Made by a program: the position numbers and the translations under genes
In this document: in pieces, positions 10,940 through 19,211 of the stretch
How the letters are laid out: the number at the start of each line of letters is the position of its first letter
Numbering within the stretch: the first letter of the stretch is position 1
Notes under the pieces: model-generated
What the model saw: only the letters and a program-made list of their open reading frames with translations
Database searches by the model: none
What the model was told of the DNA's origin: nothing
Origin: Planctomycetales bacterium
GTDB lineage: Bacteria > 4484-113 > JAFGCY01
Assembly (NCBI GenBank): GCA_022646745.1
Contig: CP060262.1
Span: 3,270,001-3,302,000 of the forward strand
Direction of reading: 5' to 3'
DNA length: 32,000 nt

Positions 10940-12388
10940 ATGCGGGTTTCACCGGCACTGATGACTTTCCTGACCGGACTGCTGCTGCTCAGCATCGCCG
11001 GCATCCTCTACCAGCATTCACTGGTCGAAAGTGGCGCGTATGGCACAGGCGACTCAACTGAGGCAGCGGCTCCCGCTGCCAATGTGAAATATGCCTGCCC
11101 GATGCGCTGCGTGGAGGCTGACAAGCCGGGCGACTGCCCGGTATGCGGGATGGAGATGATGCCGGTGGAACTCGACACACCTGCCAGCCTGGCTGCAAGC
11201 ACCTCAGCCGAGCAGGAGTACACATGTCCAATGCATCCGCAGATCGAGCAAGACCATCCCGGCACCTGCCCGATCTGCGGCATGGAACTCGTGCTCAAGG
11301 CGAATGACAGTGCGGCGGTCGATCCGGCGGTGGCCGAGAGCGTTGCCGCAGTGAAGATCAGTCCGCTGCAGGGCCTGCTGGCAGATGTGCAGGTGGCAAT
11401 GCCTGAAAAGCGGATGGTCAGCCGCAGCGTGGATGCAATCGGCGAGGTGGAGGTACCGGAGGATCGCATCAACATGGTTGTCAGCTGGCAACCAGGCCGG
11501 ATTGATAACCTCGAGCTGGCTGAGACCGGGGTGAGGGTCAGCAAGGGCCAGCACATCATGGACATCTACAGCGAGGAGCTGGTACGCGCGCAGGAGGAAT
11601 ACCTGATCGCACTGCGCGCACGTGACCAGCTGGGTGACAGCAGCTACGACTACATCGCCGACAGTGGCAAGCAGCTGCTGAGCAGCGCAGAGTCGCGCCT
11701 GACAAGGCTTGGCTTCACGGCCGCCCAGCTTACGGCACTTGCAGAGACCAAGGAGACCAGTGAACACATCCCGCTGAGCAGCGCATATGACGGCATCGTG
11801 CTTGGCAAGTATGTCAACGAAGGCGACTACGTGATGGAGGGCAGCAAGCTCTACCAGGTCGCCGACCTGTCTGAGCTCTGGGTGCAGATGGAAGTTTTTG
11901 AGGAGGACAGTGCCGGCCTGATACCCGGCATGAAGATCAAGCTGGACTGCCCGGTGCATCCGGGCATGGTGTTCAACGGTGAACTTGAGCTGATTGAACC
12001 GATGCAAAGTGACATGACAAGGACGCAACTAGCTCGTGTCAGGGTTGCCAATCCTGACATGATCCTGAGGCCGGGCATGCTGGTTCGCAGCAGCTTCCAG
12101 CTGGACCGCCACGAAGCACTGATGGTTGTACGCAATGCGGTTCTGCAGACCGGTGATGGAGCTATCGTCTATGTTGCCCGCGATGGCGGTATGTGGGAAC
12201 CGCGTAACGTGACAACTGGACTGATCGACGGCGACATGATTGAAATCACGGCTGGACTGGCCGAGGGAGAGGGCGTGGCCTCAACAGCGGTGTTCCTGCT
12301 GGACAGCGAAGCCCAGATCAAGGGCATTCCGCGCATTGATGAAAACGCAATTGAAGAGGAATCACACAGTGCCGCACACGTGCACTGA
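10940..12388 (+). CDS. cusB: Efflux RND periplasmic adaptor (membrane fusion protein, CusB-like) with two N-terminal heavy-metal-binding modules
   Basis: AGGAG lies upstream of the ATG at 10940. N-terminal TM segment. HMBD-like modules: YACPMRCVEADKPGDCPVCGMEMMPV (11090-11167) and canonical YTCPMHPQIEQDHPGTCPICGMELV (11219-11293). The rest shows MFP architecture: lipoyl/hairpin region (SGRIDNLE-type WQPGRIDNLELAETGVRVSKGQHIMDIYSEELVRAQEEYL), beta-barrel region and a C-terminal domain. Confidence 0.9.
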   Translation: MRVSPALMTFLTGLLLLSIAGILYQHSLVESGAYGTGDSTEAAAPAANVKYACPMRCVEADKPGDCPVCGMEMMPVELDTPASLAASTSAEQEYTCPMHPQIEQDHPGTCPICGMELVLKANDSAAVDPAVAESVAAVKISPLQGLLADVQVAMPEKRMVSRSVDAIGEVEVPEDRINMVVSWQPGRIDNLELAETGVRVSKGQHIMDIYSEELVRAQEEYLIALRARDQLGDSSYDYIADSGKQLLSSAESRLTRLGFTAAQLTALAETKETSEHIPLSSAYDGIVLGKYVNEGDYVMEGSKLYQVADLSELWVQMEVFEEDSAGLIPGMKIKLDCPVHPGMVFNGELELIEPMQSDMTRTQLARVRVANPDMILRPGMLVRSSFQLDRHEALMVVRNAVLQTGDGAIVYVARDGGMWEPRNVTTGLIDGDMIEITAGLAEGEGVASTAVFLLDSEAQIKGIPRIDENAIEEESHSAAHVH

Positions 12389-12402
12389 ACAAAGATAGAC
12401 AG

Positions 12403-15400
12403 ATGACAGACAAACAGCTGGAATCATCAGAGCAGCACAGGCAAACGGAACCGAAGGGCTTCTTCCCTGCCCTGATCGGCTACTGCGTGGACAATCCCTT
12501 CATCGTGCTGCTGTGCGTCGCACTGGTGGCCCTGCTCGGATACAGTACGATCCAGAACACAAAGCTCGATGCATTGCCTGACCTGTCTGACAACCAGGTG
12601 ATCGTACTGGCGGACTGGCCGGGGCGAGGGCCGAAGGTGATGGAGGACCAGGTGGCCTACCCGCTGACTACCTCGCTATCCGCCCTGCCCCATGTCGCTG
12701 ACATCCGTTCGATGTCCAACTTCGGCTTCTGCATGATCTACATCATCTTTGACGACAGTGTGGACATCTACTGGGCACGCACCCGCGTCAGTGAGCGCCT
12801 GACCACGATCGGCTCCGACCTGCCGGATGGAGTGGTACCCCGGCTTGGCCCCGAAGGAACCGGCGTCGGACATGTCTACTGGTACCTCGTAACCAATGAC
12901 GACGACCCGGCAACGCCGCAGCATGATCTAGCCGAACTGCGCAGCATCCAGGACTGGTACATCCGCTACCAGCTGGCCACTGTTCCCGGTGTTGCTGAAG
13001 TGGCCAGTGGCGGCGGTTTCAAGCGGGAATACCACGTTGACATCCTGCCTGAGGAGATGCGGCGCTACGGCATCAACCTGATGCAGTTGACGAAGGCGCT
13101 GAAGGAAAACAACATGGATGTCGGTGGCCGCCTGCTCGAGCAGAGCGACACCGAGTTCTTCGTCCGCAGTGAGGGCTACTACGGCAAGCGCAATGGACAG
13201 TTCGTCAGCCCCGAGCAGGTGATCGAGGATATCGGCAATACGGTGATCACGCATACGAAGGAAGGCGTGCCCGTACTGCTGAAACAGATTGCGATGGTGC
13301 AGCTCGGCACCGCCGTACGCCGCGGTGTGATCGACCACAACGGCGAGGGCGAAGCGGTGACCGGCATCATCGTGATGCAGTACGGCCAGAATGCCCAGAG
13401 CGTGATCAATGCAGTCAAGGAGAAACTGGACGACATCCGTCGTGGGTTGCCGCCCGGCGTGAAAATCGAGACCGCGCATGACCGCTCCTGGCTGATCGGC
13501 AAGAGCCTCGAGACCCTAAAGCATGCCCTCAGGGAAGAAGCCGTGGTCGTTTCGATCGTGATTATCCTTTTCCTGCTAAGCCTGCGTCCCAGCCTGGTTG
13601 TTGTGCTGACCCTGCCGATTGCCGTGCTGATCGGCTTTATCGGCATGAATGCGCTGGGGATAACGAGCAACATCATGAGCCTTGGTGGCATCGCGATTGC
13701 GATTGGCGTGATCGTGGACGATGGCATCGTGATGGTTGAGAACTGCCATGCCCATCTGGCAAAGCTATGGGAGCGCTGCAAGAAGCAGGGTCGCAAGCCA
13801 ACACCGAATGAGATTACCCAGACTATCAAGTACGCGGCCCAGCAGGTCGGTAAGCCGGTGTTCTTCACCACGCTGATCATCATCACGAGCTTCGGGCCGG
13901 TGTTCTTCCTTACCGGTTCCGAAGGCAAGCTATTCACCCCGTTGGCATACACCAAGAGCCTGGTGATGCTTGCCAGTGCGGTGATGGCGGTCACTCTGGT
14001 TCCCGTGCTGATGCGGATGCTGATGCGCGGACGGATGCTGCCGGAGGAGCATAACCCGCTTTCAAGATTCTTCAACTGGCTGTACATGGGTCCGCTGAAA
14101 TTCTGCCTGCAACTGCGCTGGCTCGCAGTGGCAATCGCCATTGCAAGCCTGTTCGCCACATGGCCGGTCTACAAATCTCTCGGCAATGAGTTCATGCCCA
14201 ACCTCAATGAGGGTGAACTGGTCTATATGCCCACCACCCTGCCAAACGTGACGACGACAGAGGCAAAGCGGCTACTGCAACTGACGGACAAGATTATGTA
14301 CGAACATCCACTTGTCGCCAATGTCGTCGGCAAGGTCGGGCGCGCGGATACAGCCACAGACCCGGCCCCCGTCAGCATGATAGAGACCTTCGTGCAGTTC
14401 TACCCCCGCGAGGACTGGGGCAAGATCGATCCAAAGTACGAGAACTACACCATTGGTGATATCCGCAATGACCTCGATAAGGCGATCCGAGTGCCGGGCC
14501 TGACCAACGGCTGGACGATGCCGATCATCAACCGCATCCAGATGCTGGCAACCGGCGTGCGCACGGACATCGGCATCAAGATTTACGGGGACGACACGGA
14601 GGAGCTGGCCCGGCTGGCTGTCGAAGCCAGCCACATAGCCGAAAAGGTGCCCGGTGTGAAGGACGTGTTCGCCGAGCGACTGAGCGGTGGCCGCTACCTT
14701 GATGTTGACATTGACCGTGAGGCCGCGGCGCGCTACGGCCTGAACATCGGTGATGTACAGGAACAGGTTGAACTGCTGATTGGCGGCATGAAACTCACGC
14801 GTACCGTGGAAGGACGCGAGCGCTACAACGTGCAGGTACGCTATGCCAGTGCCTACCGTGATAACGTGCAGGTGATGGAGGACACGCTGATCGAGACCCC
14901 GCACCAGGGCGTGATCCCGCTCAGCAGCGTGGCGACGATGCGTTACAGCAGCGGGCCGCCCTACCTTGCCAGTGAGAACAGCCTGTTGCGCACCGTGGTG
15001 TTTGCCAACATCCGTGACCGTGACATTGGTGGCACAGTTGAGGAGCTGGAAGCCACACTGGACCGAGAGCTGGATCTTCCGCAGGGCTATTACTTCCGTA
15101 TCGCGGGCCAGTGGGAGAACATCACCCGCGCCCGCGCCCGCCTTGCCTTGCTGATCCCGGCCGTACTGATGATCATCTTCATCTTCCTCTACCTGACATT
15201 CGATAGCCTGTGGGACACGTTGATTGTCTACGTCTCCCTGCCCTTCGCCTTCACCGGCGGCATCTGGTACCTGCACCTGCTTAACATGAATATCTCAGTG
15301 GCCGTCTGGGTGGGATTCATCGCCCTGTTCGGAATGGCTGTCAACACCGGTGTGCTGATGATCGTCTACCTGCAGGAGGCACTGGACAAGCGCCTGGAGA

Positions 15401-15675
15401 AGGGCTGGCTGCGACCCGGTGACATCTACTCCGCCACCATCGAAGGAGCCGGACGGCGTGTACGCCCTAAGCTGATGACCGTCAGCACTTCCCTGATCGG
15501 CCTGTTGCCCCTGATGTGGGCCACGGGAATCGGCAGCGATGTGCTGAAACCAATTGCCGCGCCGCTGATCGGTGGCCTGGCCAGTTCCACCATCATGGTG
15601 CTGTTCATCATCCCTGTGCTGTTTTTCTGGGAACGCAGCTGGCAGTTGCGCAAACTCGTCAGGCGGGAGGAATAG
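12403..15675 (+). CDS. cusA: Heavy-metal efflux RND pump, CusA-type (Cu(I)/Ag(I))
   Basis: 1090 aa with a 12-TM RND layout. The TM4 motif is SLGGIAIAIGVIVDDGIVMVEN, which is the monovalent type and not the DFG..DGA..VEN of CzcA. Met609 (14227), Met659 (14377) and Met714 (14542) lie in LVYMPTTLP, APVSMIETF and NRIQMLATG. By eye these contexts correspond to the E. coli CusA Met573/Met623/Met672 metal site. Confidence 0.9.
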   Translation: MTDKQLESSEQHRQTEPKGFFPALIGYCVDNPFIVLLCVALVALLGYSTIQNTKLDALPDLSDNQVIVLADWPGRGPKVMEDQVAYPLTTSLSALPHVADIRSMSNFGFCMIYIIFDDSVDIYWARTRVSERLTTIGSDLPDGVVPRLGPEGTGVGHVYWYLVTNDDDPATPQHDLAELRSIQDWYIRYQLATVPGVAEVASGGGFKREYHVDILPEEMRRYGINLMQLTKALKENNMDVGGRLLEQSDTEFFVRSEGYYGKRNGQFVSPEQVIEDIGNTVITHTKEGVPVLLKQIAMVQLGTAVRRGVIDHNGEGEAVTGIIVMQYGQNAQSVINAVKEKLDDIRRGLPPGVKIETAHDRSWLIGKSLETLKHALREEAVVVSIVIILFLLSLRPSLVVVLTLPIAVLIGFIGMNALGITSNIMSLGGIAIAIGVIVDDGIVMVENCHAHLAKLWERCKKQGRKPTPNEITQTIKYAAQQVGKPVFFTTLIIITSFGPVFFLTGSEGKLFTPLAYTKSLVMLASAVMAVTLVPVLMRMLMRGRMLPEEHNPLSRFFNWLYMGPLKFCLQLRWLAVAIAIASLFATWPVYKSLGNEFMPNLNEGELVYMPTTLPNVTTTEAKRLLQLTDKIMYEHPLVANVVGKVGRADTATDPAPVSMIETFVQFYPREDWGKIDPKYENYTIGDIRNDLDKAIRVPGLTNGWTMPIINRIQMLATGVRTDIGIKIYGDDTEELARLAVEASHIAEKVPGVKDVFAERLSGGRYLDVDIDREAAARYGLNIGDVQEQVELLIGGMKLTRTVEGRERYNVQVRYASAYRDNVQVMEDTLIETPHQGVIPLSSVATMRYSSGPPYLASENSLLRTVVFANIRDRDIGGTVEELEATLDRELDLPQGYYFRIAGQWENITRARARLALLIPAVLMIIFIFLYLTFDSLWDTLIVYVSLPFAFTGGIWYLHLLNMNISVAVWVGFIALFGMAVNTGVLMIVYLQEALDKRLEKGWLRPGDIYSATIEGAGRRVRPKLMTVSTSLIGLLPLMWATGIGSDVLKPIAAPLIGGLASSTIMVLFIIPVLFFWERSWQLRKLVRREE

Positions 15676-15680
15676 CAAAA

Positions 15681-15702
15681 GGCCGCCCCCGTGGGGACGG
15701 CC
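15681..15702 (-). terminator. Intrinsic terminator between convergent cusA and the lipoprotein gene
   Basis: GGCCGCCCC-cgt-GGGG(A)CGGCC hairpin. On the minus strand it is followed by CTTTTGCTATT (U-rich). On the plus strand it sits 6 nt after the cusA stop and may act in both directions. Confidence 0.7.
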
Positions 15703-15731
15703 CTTCATTTCCTTCGTCAAGCCTGCGGGGC

Positions 15732-16763
15732 TTAGAAGTTGTTGACGGTGATCAGCGGCATCGGGACCACGCTGCCGAAGTAGGCGGCGTTGTCATCGAC
15801 GTAGGTGAACTCGCCGGGGAAGGCAAGGTCCATCTTGATGCCGAAGCCGCTCACGTCGTAGATGTAGTCGATCAATGCGGGGGCACCGCTCACGTCCAGC
15901 AGCATCTCATTGCTGTCAACGCCGAACTTGTAGTGGCCGCTCGGCAGGTTCATGCCCCAGGCACCATTGGCAGCGGTCATCGTGGTGTAGACCACTCCCG
16001 TGCTGAGGTTCTCGAAGCTGACCTGGTAACCCGCGTGCGGGCTGCCGGTGACGTAGTCTTCATAGGCCTGGCCCCAGACGTTCCACCAGGTCTGGTCCTC
16101 ACCGGTCGGCTTCTCACGGTCCTTGAAGTTCAGGGTGATGTCCGTGATGTGCAGGTTGGTGTCAGGCATAGCAATCAGCGCGATGTACATGTGGCCTGCA
16201 GCGCTGGTGAAGTCGTAACCGAGGGAAGTCATGTCCGTGTACCAGCTCGGGCTGTTCATCGGACCGTAGAAGTCCCAGTGCATACCGGTGAAGTCCGCGA
16301 TGGCCGCGTAATAAGTTTCAGTGGCGCTGCTGACCTGGGCTGCCACCTTCATGTCCAGCAGGTCGGTCTCAAGGGCACCGAGCGGGATCTGGTAGATGGC
16401 GAAAGCGATCTGCGCACCGCCGTTGGCACCGGGCACATCACCCTTAAAGCCCTTCAGCAGGTAGCAGTTCGGGTCACCGGCGTCGATGCCTCCATTGAAG
16501 CTGATACCGGGAGTGAGGTGGTTCGGGTGGCTGATCCAGCTGGCACCCTTCTCCTGTCCGGCTTCCTCTCCGCCAAACAGCTTGTCAAGTTCAGCAAGGC
16601 TTGGGATCTCGCTCTGCTCCAGCTGCTCCTCGACTGAGGGCGTGCCGTTGTCATTATTGTCAGTGGGCTGCTCGATGCCCACGTTGCTGCCACCGCAGGA
16701 TGCGGACATCGCGGAGACGATGACGATGAAGAGGGAGATCAGGTAAATATCAAGGCGCTTCAA
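15732..16763 (-). CDS. Hypothetical lipoprotein, possibly with a carboxypeptidase-regulatory-like beta-sandwich near the C-terminus
   Basis: 343 aa. Signal peptide ending in SAMSAS-C, then GGSNVGIEQP and an acidic linker. The segment GYQVSFENLSTGVVYTTMTAANGAWGMNLPSGHYKF fits the T..(N/D)G.(F/W)....LP.G.Y pattern. No catalytic motif recognised. Confidence 0.65.
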   Translation of the reverse strand: MKRLDIYLISLFIVIVSAMSASCGGSNVGIEQPTDNNDNGTPSVEEQLEQSEIPSLAELDKLFGGEEAGQEKGASWISHPNHLTPGISFNGGIDAGDPNCYLLKGFKGDVPGANGGAQIAFAIYQIPLGALETDLLDMKVAAQVSSATETYYAAIADFTGMHWDFYGPMNSPSWYTDMTSLGYDFTSAAGHMYIALIAMPDTNLHITDITLNFKDREKPTGEDQTWWNVWGQAYEDYVTGSPHAGYQVSFENLSTGVVYTTMTAANGAWGMNLPSGHYKFGVDSNEMLLDVSGAPALIDYIYDVSGFGIKMDLAFPGEFTYVDDNAAYFGSVVPMPLITVNNF

Positions 16764-16855
16764 AATTGACTCCTTTGGCCGGTCATGAAGCTAAACCGGA
16801 ATAGTTTTTGGTCCGGAATTTCCAAACCAAACTTGTTACCCGCTGGGTCAGGAGT

Positions 16856-17323
16856 CTAAACAGGAGGTGTGTAATACATCTCACGCAGGGCAGACATATC
16901 TACATATGTCAGAAAGTCGCTCAGAACGAATGCGGCAATAGTCAGCACCGGAATCAGGAATGCCATGCCAAAAGTCAGCTGCAATGCCCTGCGCTTGTCG
17001 ACAGCCAGGCGATGGACCAGCTGCTGCCGGATGGCCATCATCATCAACAGGTTCAGTACCGCAGTATCGATCAGCAGGAAAAACGCTACGGCTGTCGGTC
17101 CACCTTCGCCGATATCCAACTGGTGGATCATCACATAGGCGTAGCTCAGGCAGGGAATCATCCAGATCAGATAAATAGTCAGGAAGAACTTGCGGCAGTC
17201 GGGCGTCTTAAGTTTCGTGCCGGACAACCTGCACAGGATCAGGCAGACAAGCAGGGCCACAATCGCAAAGCTGACCGGGATCCCGATCAGATAGAAGCCC
17301 CATGGATTCTCGTATGCTTTCAC
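16856..17323 (-). CDS. Hypothetical integral membrane protein (about 4-5 TM)
   Basis: 155-aa ORF with strongly hydrophobic segments (FYLIGIPVSFAIVALLVCLILC, FFLTIYLIWMIPCLSYAYVMI, AVAFFLLIDTAVLNLLMMMAI, FGMAFLIPVLTIAAFVL). The overlapping plus-strand ORF 16808-17371 is Q/H/R-rich and looks like an antisense shadow. Confidence 0.6.
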   Translation of the reverse strand: MKAYENPWGFYLIGIPVSFAIVALLVCLILCRLSGTKLKTPDCRKFFLTIYLIWMIPCLSYAYVMIHQLDIGEGGPTAVAFFLLIDTAVLNLLMMMAIRQQLVHRLAVDKRRALQLTFGMAFLIPVLTIAAFVLSDFLTYVDMSALREMYYTPPV

Positions 17324-17354
17324 ACCCGTACTCCCTTAAGGCAAGAAGAACTCC

Positions 17355-17921
17355 TTAGAAGTTCACAATGAAATCCACGCCGCCGCCGTGTCCCTCGGGA
17401 TTGAAGAACGGGGAAATCAGGATCCCGCGCGGCAGCTGCTGCTCCAGCTTGGCAATGCCATAGCCGAGTGCTGCGCCGGCCAGTACATCCTCGGTGCGAT
17501 GCCTGTTCTCCCGAACCCGCGACCAGGCTATCAACGAAGCGCCACCATACCAGAGCAAAGCCTGGTCAGGGTCATGGTCTGCTGCAACAGTGGCCGCTGC
17601 AAATGCCATCGTGGCGTGGTTACTGGGAAAGCTGTAACCCGGATGCCCGTCAGGCCGGTCACTGCGCACCACCAGCTTCAGGCCCTCGGAAGCTATCAGC
17701 GATGCCGCAATTGCATCACCTGTGCGCAAGGCCTGCCCCTCACCCGCCTCTCCCTTCTGGATGAGCGGGACAAGCATGGCTGCAGAAAGGAATGCGATTG
17801 TGCCCTCGTCACCCATCGTTCGAGCAAAGCGCACCTCAGTGCTGTCACCAGGCGCAGCCAGTGCTGGCCTCAATGAGCACAGGACAAGCATGGACAAGAG
17901 GATCACAAGCCGGTAAGCCAT
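17355..17921 (-). CDS. PAP2-superfamily phosphatase (exported)
   Basis: All three PAP2 motifs are present: KLVVRSDRP (Kx6RP), PSNH (PSGH variant) and SRVRENRHRTED (SRx5Hx3D). N-terminal signal peptide MAYRLVILLSMLVLCSLRPALA. Confidence 0.85.
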   Translation of the reverse strand: MAYRLVILLSMLVLCSLRPALAAPGDSTEVRFARTMGDEGTIAFLSAAMLVPLIQKGEAGEGQALRTGDAIAASLIASEGLKLVVRSDRPDGHPGYSFPSNHATMAFAAATVAADHDPDQALLWYGGASLIAWSRVRENRHRTEDVLAGAALGYGIAKLEQQLPRGILISPFFNPEGHGGGVDFIVNF

Positions 17922-17959
17922 CTGCCTATTCTAATACCGCGGTAGGCTAGCTTTCGAAA

Positions 17960-18859
17960 TCAGCGAATGAATGTACCGTCCTGCAGTTCCTGGTAGGCCT
18001 GCCGCAGTTCCTCGGGCCGGTTCATTACGATCGGGCCGTGCCAGGCCACCGGCTCACGCAGTGGCCTGCCGCTTACTAGCAAAAAACGGATGCCCTGTTC
18101 ACCGGCAGTCACCACCACTTCATCGCCACTGTCAAACAACACCAGGCTGCGGTTGCCTGCTGGTACCAGCACTGCTTCGTCTCCCGGGTTTGTTCCTTCA
18201 GTCATCACACCCTGCGGGTCGGACGCACTGCGGAAGTTGCCACTGCCCTCAAACACGTAGGCAAAGGCATGGCTGTCCGTCTCAACCGGCAGGTGCTTCG
18301 TACTGCCTGCAGGAATACTCACATCTATGTAAACCGGGTCGGCGGCAATCCCTTCAACTGGTCCGCGCTGGCCCCAGAAGCTGCCACTGACCAGCCGGAC
18401 ATGGGTGCCGTCATCATCTGTGACTGTCGGGATGTCACTTGCCTTCATCTCCTGGTAGCGCGGTTCGCTCATCTTCAGGCTGGCCGGCAGGTTGGCCCAG
18501 AGCTGGAAACCATGCATCCGGCCCTGTTCATCGCCCTGCGGCATTTCACGATGGAAGATTCCGCGTCCGCTTGTCATCCACTGCACATCACCGGCTGAGA
18601 TGGTGCCGCTGTTGCCAATACTATCCCCATGCGCAACCGTACCCGCAAGCACGTATGTGACCGTCTCGATCCCGCGGTGTGGATGCCAGGGAAAGCCAGC
18701 CAGGTAGTCCTCCGGCTTATCATTGCGGAAATCGTCAAACAACAGGAATGGGTCAAAATCCTTCGTCTTGCCGAACCCGAAGGCTCGGTGCAGGTTTACC
18801 CCGGCCCCTTCAAGGGTGTGCTGGGCTTCGCTTATGTGCTTGACTGGCCTGATTGACAT
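17960..18859 (-). CDS. Pirin-family bicupin protein
   Basis: The track ORF starts at 18889. I prefer the ATG at 18859, preceded by GGGAGAAGAGA. FPWHPHRGIETVTYVLAGTVAHGDS is the pirin N-terminal cupin metal-site signature, and the size of about 300 aa is typical. Confidence 0.9.
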   Translation of the reverse strand: MSIRPVKHISEAQHTLEGAGVNLHRAFGFGKTKDFDPFLLFDDFRNDKPEDYLAGFPWHPHRGIETVTYVLAGTVAHGDSIGNSGTISAGDVQWMTSGRGIFHREMPQGDEQGRMHGFQLWANLPASLKMSEPRYQEMKASDIPTVTDDDGTHVRLVSGSFWGQRGPVEGIAADPVYIDVSIPAGSTKHLPVETDSHAFAYVFEGSGNFRSASDPQGVMTEGTNPGDEAVLVPAGNRSLVLFDSGDEVVVTAGEQGIRFLLVSGRPLREPVAWHGPIVMNRPEELRQAYQELQDGTFIR

Positions 18860-19211
18860 TCTCTTCTCCCGGTCCTGGTTGGGAATCACGCTGGAATACC
18901 GACCAACAGGCTGGATTCATTCATAACCTGCTGATCGTGGCACACACGGTTTGCACATATGGGATTGCTATACTGCCAGCATGCGGACATGGCTGATACC
19001 AGGTATCACCCGCGCCATTTCTTTGCTGGCAACCCATAAGATTGCAGCGCAGGGAGACTGACCGCTCACAGCTGCAGGCCATCCGATTGCTACTTCAACA
19101 GCAAATGTCTCCCAGGATCACGACCTACTCTGCCACAGCTTGCAGCGACAGATGTTAATCTGGTTTTAACCAGTAAATGGTTACTCAACCTGCCTGGACC
19201 AGGGAGTTACT

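Noticed and set aside
16808-17371. 187-aa plus-strand ORF opposite the 155-aa membrane protein
   Set aside because: It has the Gln/His/Arg-rich composition typical of the antisense frame of a hydrophobic protein gene. The minus-strand ORF has coherent TM segments and fits the co-directional cluster.
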